NCBI RefSeq assembly: GCF_037042905.1
Contig: NC_087252.1
Coordinates: 21,392,001 to 21,456,000, forward strand
DNA: 64,000 nt
Direction: 5' to 3'
From: Lytechinus pictus
Lineage: Eukaryota
In this document: one piece after another, positions 21,212 to 35,353 of the stretch
Position numbering within the stretch: the first letter of the stretch is position 1
Layout: each line of letters begins with the position of its first letter
Program-made: the position numbers and the translations under genes
Notes under the pieces: generated by a model
What the model was told of the DNA's origin: nothing
Seen by the model: only the letters and a program-made list of their open reading frames with translations
Database searches by the model: none

Positions 21212-24200
21212 CAGTGCCGGCCGCAGGAAACGTCACGCCCGAGCACGCAAACACCCTAGGGGGCTTTTGCGTCTAACCGAGGGTATTCAAGGGGAGCAGA
21301 CGAGGGCGTTTTCCCGGGCCCGCAGTTTCCTGCGTGCTATATAATATTGGCCGTGCCCGCACTTATCCTCGGGTGCCCTAGGGTACGTACATTGCATTAT
21401 GTTTACATGTGCATGTACTTTGATTATCTTGTGATAGACCATTATGTTTTTACACTAGCGTGATCGGAATCTATTGTAGATTATTATTTTTTTTGTAGAT
21501 GTTATTTTTTTCCTTTTTTTTTAATTCTGTTTTCCCTTATTCCCTCTTTCCCTTTCTTCCTTCATGTTTTATTCTGTCTTTGTTTCTTTCAAATAATGAA
21601 GGAATTCTTTTTATTTCTTTCTCTTTTCCTCCATTTTTCTTACTTTTCTCTTTTCTCTCCTTATGTTTTTTCTTTCACACATTTATTCATCTTCCCTTCC
21701 TTTAATTTAATTCTTTCTTTCTTTATTCATTACAAGTAATGACGGAAACCGTTCTCTCTTTTATTCAAACTTTTTTCCTTTTAATTTTTCCTTATTCTTT
21801 TCTTTCTTCTCAATTCATTTCTTGTTTCCTCATTATTTTCTCTTTTCTTTCTTCCGCTCACCCTCCCTTCCCCTTTCTTAATATATTTTGTTAACAAGTC
21901 TAACATTGTGTAGCCTTTTTGTTTATTTTTTGGCCTGGCTCGGTCGATCCGATGGTACATAGTGCTTTGTCGATTGTCCCGTATTTAATATTGTGAAATC
22001 TGGTCACCCTGGCTGGAACATCGAATTTATTGTATTTCATTTACCGCAATGAATCTAATCAATTAATCTAATTTGATGCATTAGGTAAACTTTTTTTCCT
22101 TACGCCTTACGTGGGAGGCATACATGTATCATACAAACTTGTTTTTAAAAAATAGGACACAATTGTGATTTAATGTCATGGAGATCAATTCTCTATCTTT
22201 TGGATATTTTTTTCCATACGCACCCATTCCTCTCCCTTCAGCGTAAACAATACACCTAATCCCATCTCCTTATTGTGAACAGTGTAAGAACTAGAAAACA
22301 TTTGAAACATTCTTCCCTGAGTTTAACGGGGTGCACAGGGTGGAATCCGGAAAGAAGAAAGAAAGGGATATCAACAAAAAAATAATTAAAATAGATAAAA
22401 TGCATTAATAAGCAGACTTGATTTTTTTTTGTAAATAAAAATTGACAAGTTATTAACAGAGTGAATGTTAACAAACATTAATGACAAACTTAAAATAAAA
22501 CAGAATTATGAATATCAAGGGCATTTGCGAATTCTCATTATGTTAAAACAAACGTGCGGTCAATATTGGGATCGTCAATTCGTTGACATGGTTGATACAA
22601 CCCTAATAAAGGGAATGAAAGGTGAAAACGAATACTAGTATGACCAAGATCATACAAAGTAGACGTGCAAAAAGCAAACACCAGCAAAACTGGTTGTGCT
22701 CATCGATTTTTTATTTGGTTCTTTTGTTATTGTCAACAGTCTGGTAGAGTCTTGCTCCCCGCCCACACATTTGATCTCCTTTGATCACATCCGCTTCCCA
22801 ATTTATGACAGGATGTTTATAGAAATGAGGAGGGGGGATTAATTTGTTGATACGCTAACAACAATAAATGAGGATGTTCTTTTCATTTCGGTTCAAATCG
22901 GGTCTCTAAAACCCTCACCCTATAAAAAATACAAATTTACCTAAATGCAGTAGATGTAACAGATTTATCATTTTGCTAAAACATCTGATTACATTACCTG
23001 CTCTCTATTGCGGTTTTTAAGTTACATTGGTCGATATTCGAATTGGGAAGAGATGAAAGTGGTGGAAATAATAAAGGAGAAGAAGGAAGAGGAGGATGAG
23101 AAAAATTAAGAGGGGTTGCAGCTTCATAGTGAGAACAACCACATATATTTCGCGCAATTTTATATAAAATTATAGATGGGATTAAAACGAATATTAATAT
23201 CCCTGATACACCTACATGATGATAATAACACGAATAATTGACGTCGAAGTAAAGATTAAACTATCATATTTACGAACTGCGGTTTTATATTGTTAGATTT
23301 GTCGGACATCAATTAAAGTTATAAACATTGTTTATTTATTAATTTTATTTCAGTAAAGCAAGATTTTCCTTCGAAATATATTTTGTTATATGAATTGGAA
23401 ATGATAAAACCAAGTCACAACTTGGTATAATACAGAATTCAGTGTTATATGGCAGCTAAAACTAATAATACATGACATTTGTAAAGCGCACTTTCCATCT
23501 TGATTGGATGCTCAATGCGCTCCAGAGCAAAGCAGCAAAAGCTATTTACATAATGTAACTATTTAAAAAAATTCTAGCACATTTAGCTTCAATGTTTAAA
23601 CACATACCCAAGTAAAAGTATGTTTTCGAAAACTACTATGACGTAGTGTGTGGAATGGGTACTTAACGAGTTAATTATCACTTGCCGACAAAGCAAGAAT
23701 GGAGCTATACAAACCATTCTTTTGTTAAGAGTTTTGGTGGGTGCTCACGCAAACGCTTACTATCAAATCTAACAATTCTTTTCGAGGAACAACGGAATTA
23801 GTCAAGCCAAGTTAAAGAATGAAAGCCCCGTCCCGGTTCACCTCTATATAGTCGAAAATCCCTTTAATCATCACGTGTGAGCATTACTGAGTAAAACAAG
23901 TTTCATAACTAAGTACCGCAGAACTATATGGTATCCATATTACCATGAAACAATAAGCCCCCTCTATTTTCTCTTTCTCCCCTTTCCCCTTCTTTTCTTC
24001 GCTCCCTTCTGCTTCTCTGACTTTTTCTATTTTCCTTCTCATTTTTCCTCCATCCCTTCCTATTTGCCTTTTTCTTTAATTTTTCTTTCTTGAATGAGCG
24101 GATGTTAATTCGGGACAAGTTTTTAATTGATGCAACGAGAGCAGGAAATTGTGAGGAAGGTGAGAGAAAATAATTACAAGATTGAGCGCAAGAATGTTCA

Positions 24201-25277
24201 ATACTTGTCATCAGCGTAAAAATGGGCAGATGCGAGTTATTACTAACGTATTTTCTGATATGAAAAACTGGACAATTTTATTATGTCTCCCTTCTTCATT
24301 TCATTTAATATCCCCCTCTTTATCATTCTCTCTTTCTCATTCTGTCCTTCCTTTTCTTCCTTTGACTCTTCTCCCCTTCGATTTTCAATCTATTTTCCTT
24401 TTCCCTATTTTCTTTCTGTCTCACCTTCCCTTTTTTAATCCCCTCTGTTTTCTTCTCGATTTTCACCTTTTCCTTATTTCTTTTCTTTACCCCCTCTCCC
24501 TCTTTTTCCTCTTCGCCCCCCCCCCCTATTTTCTCTTTCTCCCCTTTCCCCTTCTCTCACTTTTTTCTATTTCTCTTATCTTTTTCCTTCTCGTCTTCAA
24601 TCCATCCCTTCATATTCGCCTTTTCTTTCATTTTTGGTTTCTTCTTCTCCCTTTTATCTGCATCTCGTAGATCCGCGCCTGAAAGGCATGTCAGGGTATA
24701 TAAAAAGGATGACCATGCAGGGAAACAATAGAGTAAATAGTTATAGGACGACCTCCGGAATGTAGGGTCAACATCGACAAATACCTGCTCCTTTGTCAGA
24801 AACTCATTTACAATCACGACTAACCATGTGAGTGAATGAAATAACGGACACCACGGAAAGAATATTAATATATAGGAAAGGACCCTTTATGCTGGTCCCA
24901 GTGTGTAATCGAACACAATAAGTAATTCGGTGAAAAAGCCTAAAATCCTAGTTATCAACCCAAAACTTTGTAATTTTCATAACAGATTTTATCCACGATA
25001 AATATTCGAAAACTTATGCTTGATATGAGATAAAAATCACATGCAGTCTTGAATGTGTCAAATCAGCCCTCTTCTTTCGACCAAAAATGCACGGCCGAAC
25101 ATCCTACAGAAACACCCTAGGATAGACGCGGGACTACCCTCGGGCACTCCCCTAGGGCACTCATGTCCTAGAGGAGCGGACGCGGGCGTCTTCCCTCGTC
25201 CGCTCCCCTCAAATGTCCGCTACGGGCTACCGCGTTCGCCCTAGGGGGCACTGTGACGTTTCCCGCGGCCGGCACTG
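21212..25277. mobile_element. 4.07-kb TA-flanked non-autonomous TIR element (Tc1/mariner-like)
   Basis: TIR CAGTGCCGGCCGC(A/G)GGAAACGTCAC at both ends; TA flanks; subterminal CCCTAGGG motifs; no transposase ORF seen. Confidence 0.9.
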
Positions 25278-25327
25278 TAGTAGTAGTAGTGATACTGCTA
25301 CTATTACTACTACTACTACTACTATTA

Positions 25328-25366
<39 letters not shown>

Positions 25367-26589
25367 ATGGTATTGATAAGAAATGATTAAATGATAATGG
25401 TTATCAGTATTACTCGTATATTACACATCACAGTCATAAAATCAAATTATTGAAATTGAAGATTCTTAATTAGGTTATTCCACATTGATCATTGCACATT
25501 AAATGTACAGATTTTCATAGTACAACAATGCTTGCAACAGGTTGTGTATATGTGACTCGACACACCGAAATGAGAGACAAGTCGGAATGTTCCAAATCCA
25601 ATTTTTTTAGTGATTATTATTCCCCATTTCTTTACCTTTAATTTGATATATCACTCGACCCTTAAAAGTAAATATTAGTAGAGATATTAGCCTTAGAATG
25701 CAAGAAGAATTGGGCTCTTGAAAATAAAAATCAAGAGAAAAACGCCTTCGAAGTTTGACTTCCGTTTTGACCCTGCTCCATGAAAAAATCTATTTTGCCA
25801 TCGCCGAGCTAACCGAAATGCCCTAGTAACAGCTTGCCAAAATAGGCGAAACGATTAACCAATGAGGAGGCTGCTTTGAGAACAATAGTCAACTTGCAAG
25901 TCACGCGCGACTGCAAGACGAAACAACGTTCCATGTCAATCAATTATCTTCTACACATAAGTGGTTAAACCGGGGTTTTATAATAATCTTCGTGAAAGAA
26001 AAAGAATGCCATGATATAAAAGGTTGGACCTAAAACCACGGAGGAGGGAGTATTCCAATTGTGCCATCGGCTTGTTTGAATGTCGATGGCGTTTACTCTC
26101 ACCCGGACTCTTGACATGTAATCTATCAAGCGAGTCATTATGACCTGAACTTTAACCGCATGTTAAAAAAAAAATATCCCTTGTAAAAATAATGGTAAGA
26201 TGGGCCTTCAAAATAATTTGTACCTCACCTTTACTAATGGCTTGTGTGCTCATGTTTTATTAATGCTTATGTTAGATTGAGACAGTGAGAACAAAAACGC
26301 GAATAATTTGTTCAATATCGTCTATTACCGATCATTTCGGGGGGGGGGGTATAATTTACAGCATTTGAATGATTTGAAATTAGTACAAAATACATAAAGG
26401 TATATTAATGAAAAAAGGCAATAGAAAAAGGTTTATAATGATTCTAAAAGTGGTGCAAAAAAAAAACCTTGACATAAACGTCTTGATTCTACAACAAAAA
26501 GAGCGAGGAGGTACCCTGGGTAAAGTCCCGTTATAATTATTTCCAACAGAGGATAGATTAGGGGAGATACGCTTTTTAGTTTTTGAAAC

Positions 26590-26742
26590 AAGCAAGTGCA
26601 CACCTAGTTACAAATAATGCGTAAAGCATTTCCATTTATCTGTATGAAGGATATAAGAGCAAATGTGTCGTAGCCGCGGGGATCGATCCCGGACTCTCCA
26701 TGTATAGCCAGGCACCTTAGACCACTCGGCCACGGCACCTCC
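26590..26742 (-). mobile_element. tRNA-derived SINE (degenerate)
   Basis: Minus strand GGAGGTGCCGTGGCCGAGTGGTCTAAGG (A box) ..GGATCGATCCC (degenerate B box). Confidence 0.7.
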
Positions 26743-27742
26743 AACATGAATGCTGATTCGGATCGATATCAAGCACAACCAATATTTTATTCTAACACAG
26801 TAACAGATAAAGAATTAGAACATGCAAATGCCTTGTGCAACAAGTCTTTGTAAGATTGAATGATTAAATTTGGAGGAGAGAGAACCCCCCTGAAAAGAGA
26901 AAAAAAACATAATGATAATAAATTCAAAATAAAAAAATAAAACGAAATAAAAGCCCGGTTGTGTTTATAGTTCTGGTTTTTCTTGTCCGTTTTCTTAATT
27001 TTCCAATAGAACTTTTGACTCATTCCATTCTACCTTAATTTCCCGCTGTTGTTTGCTATTTTGTCATCTTTGTTGTTTATTTCCCTTTCTTACTAATCAC
27101 GCTAGCATAGTATTTTGGGATGATTTGTTCTTTCTCACATGTTCTTCTTTCCTTCCTTTCCCGCTTTCCTTCCTTTTTCCCTTTGTATGTTTTTCTTACT
27201 TTTTCATAGGCGGATCCAGCACTGATAACAGTGCGAGAACTGATTAAAAAGCTACAATAATCCGTCTTTAAATGCAGTCTCGACTTTCGACATCGCACTG
27301 AACGCGCCATTTCTGAGTTGATGATCGACACTTCACACGTTTTGAAATAACAAAAGCCCGGACGTTGCGAGTAACAAAACCTAGACTACGGTAGACCCGG
27401 CGGTCGCCCGACGAGCGCCGGCGCGGTTTCGTATTAACAATTGATCATTAGCCTTTGTGTTACGGGGTCCTGGCCGCCCAAACTACGATGGATTGTGAGC
27501 TTTAGATAATAATGATAATTTTCCAAAGTTACAAAGCGCTGATCTCCTTTGTTTGAACAGTTCTTGTGCTTCGCTTTCATTTCGCCATTATTAGGTAGGT
27601 TAATGTTAATTTCAATAGGTGTATTATAAATGACTAATATTTTCAATCAATATCGTAAGACCCGTATACCATTATCAAAAAATAAAAAATGCAGGCCTAC
27701 TGCATGGTCCTTTCGGGCCATATTTCATTGCTTGGTCAAAGT

Positions 27743-27966
27743 CAGGGGCGGATCCAGGATTTTCAAAAAAAGGGTTTTCAACCATAAATTAAGGATATTT
27801 CGTACCCGCCAAAAAATTGACAAGCAAAAAAAAGAATAGGTCTTCAATTTCAAAAGGGGGGTACATCCCGGGGTATATCTCGGCTTCAATGGCATTTTTA
27901 CATTACACATTTTTAATTTTTCTTCTCTAGAGGGGGACGCCCCCCCCCCCCCTGGATCCGCGCCTT
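27743..27966. mobile_element. hAT-type MITE
   Basis: CAGGGGCGGATCCAGG..CCTGGATCCGCGCCTT; 8-bp flanks GTCAAAGT and GTCGAAGT. Confidence 0.8.
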
Positions 27967-29639
27967 GTCGAAGTTGATAATTATTCTACTGTCTCTGACT
28001 TCCTGTTATTTCTGACAGTTATTTCTTTCTCTATCGTTCATTCAAACATGATAAAAATTGAAGGCAAAAATAATTGGAAATAATGAAGCCCACCAAGCTT
28101 TCATGATAAACTTTTTTTCTTTTGTTAATGATACTGCAGATCCATTAACCCACATTCGCGAACATACAATACTTTTATGGATTTTAAACCATTTCTTTTG
28201 AAAATAAAGTTTTCTCTTCGAAACATCCCGATCACTTGCAAATAATAAAGATAATCTTCAACATGTCCATGTTATGTTTCATGAAATAAATCCTCGCCAA
28301 CAAACCGTGTTATGAATTTTGCGTTTACGCATGACTTTTTGCGCGATTATAGAGAAGCTATACGCTCTAAATCAGGTAGGCCTATCAATCTATCGCTAAC
28401 GCCCCCGCCTGGTACCAACTACCATTATCACAAAAATAACCCTTTAGAAGTTGAATCCCGTTTGTTAACTTTTGTCAAGAAGCCCCCTTTTCAATTTCAG
28501 AATACGTATTGAAAGCGATGCTTTTGATCTTTCTTTTGAAGCTCATTGAACCGATCGATCGATCGATCGAGCGGCCGGTCGGACGCCGCCAGCTGTACTC
28601 TAGTTTAAATGAATAGCCAATCAACGATGGCGTTCGTTGCTAGGGGCGGAGCTTAGTATGAAGCGAAATTCGATCAAGTCGAGCGTGCCAAGTATCAGAA
28701 AATTTCGAACTGACCGGAAAAAACACTCGCAGAAAAACTCTTTTTTTATCACTTTCCCGTCATCAAATTCACTCATTTTTTTCACAGAGTAATCATGAAA
28801 CATGGAAGAATCAGAAAATGAAAAAAAAAAATCTTCAAAATTTCGACCTTTTTTATTAGTTCGTCGAATTTCTAGGAATTTTGATTTGCGACTTCTCTCT
28901 CATTTCGGTATGGCCGATCACATATGTGGATGACACTATACCTGTCCCTACCAGTTGGTGATAGCACCCCTTCTCATTATTCATCCACCATTTCCTACCC
29001 CCCTCCTTATCTTAAGAGTATAGATCTCTCACTGCCATCTTCCCAAATTACAAAAACACGCTGCTCGGTGTAGCGACTGCTGTGACATCCGTGTCATTTT
29101 AAGTGACATTGCCAAATCGCCAATTGATGCGTTATTACTCATAACCTCCTAACAAAGGAATGTGAAAGGCGCGAGCATTCCATTGTACCCCTGGCATTTG
29201 GGTTACGGGGTGCAGCTACACTACTCAGATTTCTCGCAAAGTTGCCACCCCCCTCCCCCAATAATGATATCTAGCAATTATAGAATTCATGATAGTCAGG
29301 ATGTATTGTCCACAATACAAAGCTTTTTTATAACATATTTCATATTAAATTGATAAGAATGATAATCTTCAAAATTGTCACAAATCATACTTTTTCTGTA
29401 TCTTTTTTGTATGATTCATATTTTATGATACAAAGAATTACATTCCAATTAGCGAAAAATTATAAATTTCTTGTTATCTTTTTTTCCTTTACATATTTAT
29501 CATTTGTCATTTGTCATGCTTATTATGGTGCTTGCTAATAAGATTATAAAGGCTAAAGATATCAGATAATTCATCTTCAAATAGGCCTGAATATGGACCT
29601 TTCTTGTATCATTTTATTCTTGGGAATGACAGAATACAG

Positions 29640-29860
29640 TATAGTCAACGGGTTAACCCATTGCCTACTGGAACCGAATAATCTCTGTACAAAGGCTATA
29701 GGACTTACAGAATTCAATAGTCAATAAGTTAAACCATTGTCTACTTGAACTGGACGATTCCTGTATAAAGCTTATGGGAACGAAATAATGTAGTAGTTAA
29801 CAGGTTAACCTATTGCCTACCGGAACCAGGCAGTCTTTCTACAAAGCTAATGGCAATCAC
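29640..29860 (+). repeat. ~77-bp degenerate tandem repeat (~3 units)
   Basis: GTTAA(C/A)C(C/T)ATTG(C/T)CTAT-like motif at about 29652, 29728 and 29804. Confidence 0.7.
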
Positions 29861-30739
29861 AAGTCAACTAGATATGTATCAAAGGTAATTCAAACATTCA
29901 TCAACCGCCATGAATTGATCGGAAGGTTTCAGATTTGCGCATAATTTGACGCAGAGTGTAAAAGCAACTCCAGGAGCCAACCACCTCATGCCCCCGAATC
30001 AGGCCACGCCATAACACGCGAGCAGGAGATGGTGGTTAAGTACCAAGCCCCCCCCCTTTCTACCGGCATCCCCGCGACCCCCCGCTCATTCCGCTCTAAC
30101 GCTATTCATAATAATCACCACATTCCAACCGTGAATGGACCGATTCGGTGAGACAAAAAAATTGATGATTTTGCCCGCGGACAAACCGGTGTATCAATTT
30201 CGTCGCGACGGTGGTGAAGATGCTGCATGATTCTTTTCTTTTTGTTTCCTTTTTTTGGTCGGTTGTGATGTCGGGATTCTCTTTTTGGGGATCTTAATGA
30301 AAGAATGAGGAGAAAGGTTGATGAAAGGATGTATTCGTCTTATGAGTCACCTGTGTATGTGTGTTAATGTATTATGACGAGCGAGATCGACTTATTAACA
30401 CAATTTAAAAAAGGTTGGCTTTTCTTTCTTTGGAGTGGGTGAATATTTGCATTATTGGATATATTGCATTAATGAGGAAGGGTTGGGTGTATTCGTACCC
30501 AGGGGGAAGGGATATGGTTTATGATGGAGGTAAATTCAGAGGAAATGCAATTTTGGTGGGATATGAAGATGAAATGTGATATGCGTCGCAGAGGTTCTTT
30601 ATTTATGAGTCCTTGAATGCTAGATTGGAATGGAAAGTCGCTGTCTGGGAAACTACGTATGCTGTGTCAAGGTGTGATGGTTGTAAAGGGTGGTTCATGG
30701 ACATTATCACCACTGTGGAGATTATGAACATTCTTGGGC

Positions 30740-30970
30740 ATTATTACCACCATCAGGATAATTATCTGCAGCAATTTTATAATCAAGATCATGCTCATCG
30801 GCATAATCATCATCATCATCACCATCATTATCAATCATCATCATCATCGTCATAATTTTCATTACCACCACCATCTCATCACCATCATCATCATGATCAC
30901 CATTATCATCATCAGCAGCAGCATCATCATCCTCACCATCCTCATCACCACCATCATCATCATCATCAAC

Positions 30971-31002
<32 letters not shown>

Positions 31003-31820
31003 CATCCTCCTCATCATCAACATCATCCTCATCACCACCACCATCATCATCATCATCATCATGATCACCATCATCATCATTTTCATTACCACCACCATCT
31101 TATCATCACCATCACCATCATCATCATGATCACCATTTTCATCATCATCCTTATCATAACCATATACAGCATCAACATCATTATAATCATCATCATCATG
31201 TTCATCACTGTCATCATAACCACTACCACCACCACCACCACCACCATCATCATCATAATTATTATCATCATCATCATCATCATCAATATTATTAGCATCA
31301 TCATCATCATCATCACAATCACCATCATCATAACCATCAGCAGCATCATCATCATCATCACCATCATCATTATCGTCCTCATTTTCATTACCACCACCAT
31401 CTTATCACTGTCATCATGATCACCATTATCATCATCCTCATCATAACCATATACAGCATCAGCATCATTATAATCATCATCATCATGTTCATCATTGTCA
31501 TCATAATCACCACCACCACCAACATCATCATCATCATCATTATCATCATCATCAGCATCAGCATCAGCGTCGTCATTGTCGTTGTCGTCGTCGTCATCGT
31601 CATCATCCTCAATCATCAACAGCCTCAACATCATTACAATCATTATCATAATCACCACCATCATCATCATCCTCATTATCATCATCATCATCATCGTCAT
31701 CATCATCAGCAGCATCAGCATCATCATCATCAATATCATTAGCATCATCAGCATTATCATCATCATCGTCATCAGCACTATCATCATCGTCATCATCATC
31801 AACATCATCATCATCATTAC
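30740..31820. repeat. (CAT/CAC)n microsatellite with internal segmental duplication
   Basis: Trinucleotide runs; anchors ATTTTCATTACCACCACCATC (three copies) and ATAACCATATACAGCATC (two copies). Confidence 0.95.
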
Positions 31821-32629
31821 CTATAAAGAAAACATCAATTTTCTGAAATTATAATTTACTCAGAAGATAGGCTGTCCTTGTAAATTTTATTATTAAATAT
31901 TACTTCAATGGTATGACCCGTCCTTAGTTGATTCTATCAAGTGCAATTAAGCAATATTTCTGTTAAAAAAGGAAGGTGGAAAATGGAAATCTTTTTTGAA
32001 AGAAATTGATGGGATGAGCTAAAATCAATTGTAGGAATTGTAGTATGATGTTCAGATTATGAATTGTATCAATATTTTGATTTGAACTCAAACATGTGTC
32101 ATAATATATGCAGAAGTTGTATGAAAATGCCTTTTTACTTTTTTAGATATCTCACTGATATATCTAATGAATGCACCATTCAATTTGTTTGTCATATTCT
32201 GTCCTGTAATTAGAATAAAATGATGGTAAACTCCACACATTTTCTTGTCTTTGTAAATTATTTTAATTGAAAATGATATGGGACTATTCAATTATAAGAC
32301 AATCATAAAAACAAACAAAGTTAAGGAAAAAAATCAATTAATTTGGTAAGATTCCAGTTAAAATTGCTGAAAATTTAGGCAAATCTGGGGAGCTCCATTC
32401 AAAAGAATGCGAGGATATAGACAATGCAGGGGTGTAGACTTGTTGCATTTTAGAGGCGCACATGCCCATACATGTATGCGACCCAATTCCAGGCGCCGCA
32501 TTAGACTTGGAGATTAAAAAGGTGTACAAACGAGGGCCGCTTTTAACGATTTGGCACAGAGTTGGTCAACTTGCCCGCATTGTTATGCTGCTTTGGACAT
32601 GAATGTGATCACTGGAGGCTTTATTGGAG

Positions 32630-33720
32630 CGAGAGAAGGAGGAGAAGAAGGGAGAGGAGGAAGAAAGAGGAGGAGACAGAGGAGAAAGAGAAGGAGACAG
32701 AGGAGAAAGAGAAGGAGACAGGAGAGAGAGAATGAGAAAGAGAAGGATAAGAAGAAAGAGGAGGGGGAAAGAGGTGGAGAGGGTAGATTGGGAATAAGAG
32801 ATTATTATAGAGGAGAAGGAGGAAAAGAAGGAGGAGAAGAAATATAAGGAGAAAGAGGATGGTTAGAAGAAAGAGGAGCAGGGGGAAAAGGTGGAGAGGA
32901 TAGATATGGGAATAAGAGATTATTATAGAGGAAACAGAGGAAAAGAAGGAGAAGTAGGATAAAGATAAGGAAATAGAGGAGGAGGAGAAAGAGGAGAAGA
33001 ATGAGGAGGAGTGGGAAGAGGTGGAGAGGGTAGATATGGGAATGAGAGATTATTATAGAGGATAAGGAGGATAAGGAGGAGAAAGATAAGATAAAGAGGA
33101 GGAGAATGAGGAGGGGGAGGAAGAGGTAGAGAGGATACACATGGGAAGAAGAGGCGTAGAAAGGGGGGGGGGGGAGAAGGAGGAGAAAGATAAGGGTATA
33201 CATACAGGAAGAAGAGTGGATAAAGAGTGGGGAGGTGGAGGAGGAGGAGGAAGAGGATAAGAGGAGCAAGAGGAGGAGGAGGAGGAGAAATAGAAGGTAG
33301 AGAAAGTGGAGTGGGAAGAGAGAAAGACAGATAGATGTTGATAGAGAGAGAGAGATTCATGTAGGTATAAAGATTTTAGAGACAGGGGATGCATGTGGGG
33401 AAGAGGAGAGGAGAAAGGGAAGGAGGAGGAAAAGGGGAAGGATAAAGAGGAGGAGAAGAAGGAGAAATAGGAAGAGGAGAAATTGAAGGAGGAAAAGAAA
33501 AAAAAGAGAGGATGGGATGAAAGAGGTGAGGGGAAATACATAGGAGGAGAGGAGAGGCTAAATAATGGTGGAGGAGGAAGAGGACAGGAGGGGGGAGGTG
33601 GTGAAGGAAGAGGATGGGTGGAGGGGGGGAGGTGGTGAATATAGGGAGGGAAGAGGAAGAAAAGGGGATGCATAGGGGGAGAAGGGGCATAGAAGAGGAG
33701 ACAGACAACATTAGATAGAC
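32630..33720. repeat. GA-rich polypurine tract with ~120-bp degenerate repeats
   Basis: GGGAAT(A/G)AGAGATTATTATAGAGG occurs three times. Confidence 0.85.
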
Positions 33721-35139
33721 AACATAAAATTGAGCAAATAAATTGAATTAAATAAATGAGTGTGTTTTTTTTAATCAGGGTGAAAATTTTCCACATTGAA
33801 ACATCGTGCTACGCCTTTGTATTAATTTGTAGGTAATTTTAACCTATAGGACCACACAGTTTTTTTCTTAAAGCTTAAGAGGCTTTAGGTTTATTTCATG
33901 AGCTGAAGGATCCTTGTGTAAAAATACATGCTCATGGCATGGCCAATTTACTGTGTTATGATGGAGAGAGAGAGAGATACAAACAGATGGAGACTGATGT
34001 ACAGGCATGCAAAGAGACAAATGGGGAGAAGAGGAAGAAGGGAGGGGGGGGGGGGGGTGTAGGAATTGAAGATGAAGGAGTATTGATTAATTGCATTCAT
34101 TGCTATTACAAATCTATTCATTAATTAAATTTTGAATTGATTTCTGACACCCTTACATGACAACAGATTGTCACATTTTCATTTTAATTACCTACCATAA
34201 TAGTGATTTACATGAATCCTAATTAGGAATGGGACATATTACACATTGGCCTTGTTGCTTGAAAGGGTTCAAAGTTCAACGTTTACAAGTTTAATGTATT
34301 TATTTATTTTTTAATTGCATTTTTAGTTCTATATTTATTTATTTTTAAAAATATATATTTATTTTTGTTTGTTTGATCGATCAATGTGATTGATTGATTT
34401 TTTTTGTTGGGGGGGGGGGGTTGGGTAAAGAAGCAGAATCACAACTCATTGTTTCTGTCAGAGGAAATAAGTTATTTCAGATAGATGCCAAAACATGTAG
34501 AGACGAAGGAATAAGAGTGATGATAACATTGACAGAGAAAAAGAGAAAGAGAGAGAGAAAGATAAAGAAAGAGAGAGGTGAAGAAAATGTGGGCAGAGGC
34601 CAAAAAGTCACGACATACTTAGTGGAAGACATTCATTAATGTCCGAAACATGCACAGCCATTTGTCATAGATGCCAAACCGACCATCGCGCACTTTACAA
34701 GCGATTAACTAATTAATTATTGTAACTGCTAAGCGTGTCAAATGCACAAAAACACTGAGTCATCCTCATACATGTAGATCAATTAAGTCCACTTTCCCTC
34801 ATTTCTGTTCCAATTCTATTTCGAGTAAAAGTACATTTTGCATTTGTTGCTAAACCCCTTAGTGGCAAAATGCTGATGTGATTTAGTTCTAATTAGGCTG
34901 ACATTGCAAGCTACTGTGATTCATATTTCCTAAATGAAAAGGGTCGTTTGGAGTCATTTACTAAGGTCTAATCTAATTAAGTTCCTCTTGTAGATGGCCT
35001 GTCATTAAGTGTGTGTTGTGGAATGGCCTTTGTGAGATTTTTCTGAATAAAAATTTGTTGATCACATATTTTGTATTTACTTATTCTACTATTTATTATA
35101 TTTATTGATACATTGATTTAGTAATTCATTCGTTCATCA

Positions 35140-35353
35140 ATCCACCCACCCGCCCGCCCACCCGCCCACCCATCTACCCACCCTCCCGCCCACCCGCCCG
35201 CCCACCCGCCCACCCATCTACCCACCCTCCCGCCCACCCATCTACCCACCCATCTACCCACCCTCCCGCCCACCCATCTACCCACCCTCCCGCCCACCCA
35301 TCTACCCACCCTCCCGCCCACCCATCTACCCACCCACCCATCTACCCACCCTC
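35140..35353. repeat. C-rich 24-bp minisatellite (CCATCTACCCACCCTCCCGCCCAC)n
   Basis: Direct tandem units; G-runs on the minus strand. Confidence 0.9.

Larger units (their letters stand above)
25551..28922. mobile_element. 3.37-kb non-autonomous TIR element with TGT..ACA termini
   Basis: TGTGACTCGACACACCGAAATGAGAGACAAGTCG vs right reverse complement TGTGATCGGCCATACCGAAATGAGAGAGAAGTCG; flanks TATA and TATG. Confidence 0.8.

Noticed and set aside
20521..21276. Long poly-S/T/L/V ORFs (also 30613-31854, 32805-33796, 49419-49876, 63407-63934)
   Set aside because: Stop-free frames of microsatellites and purine/pyrimidine tracts.
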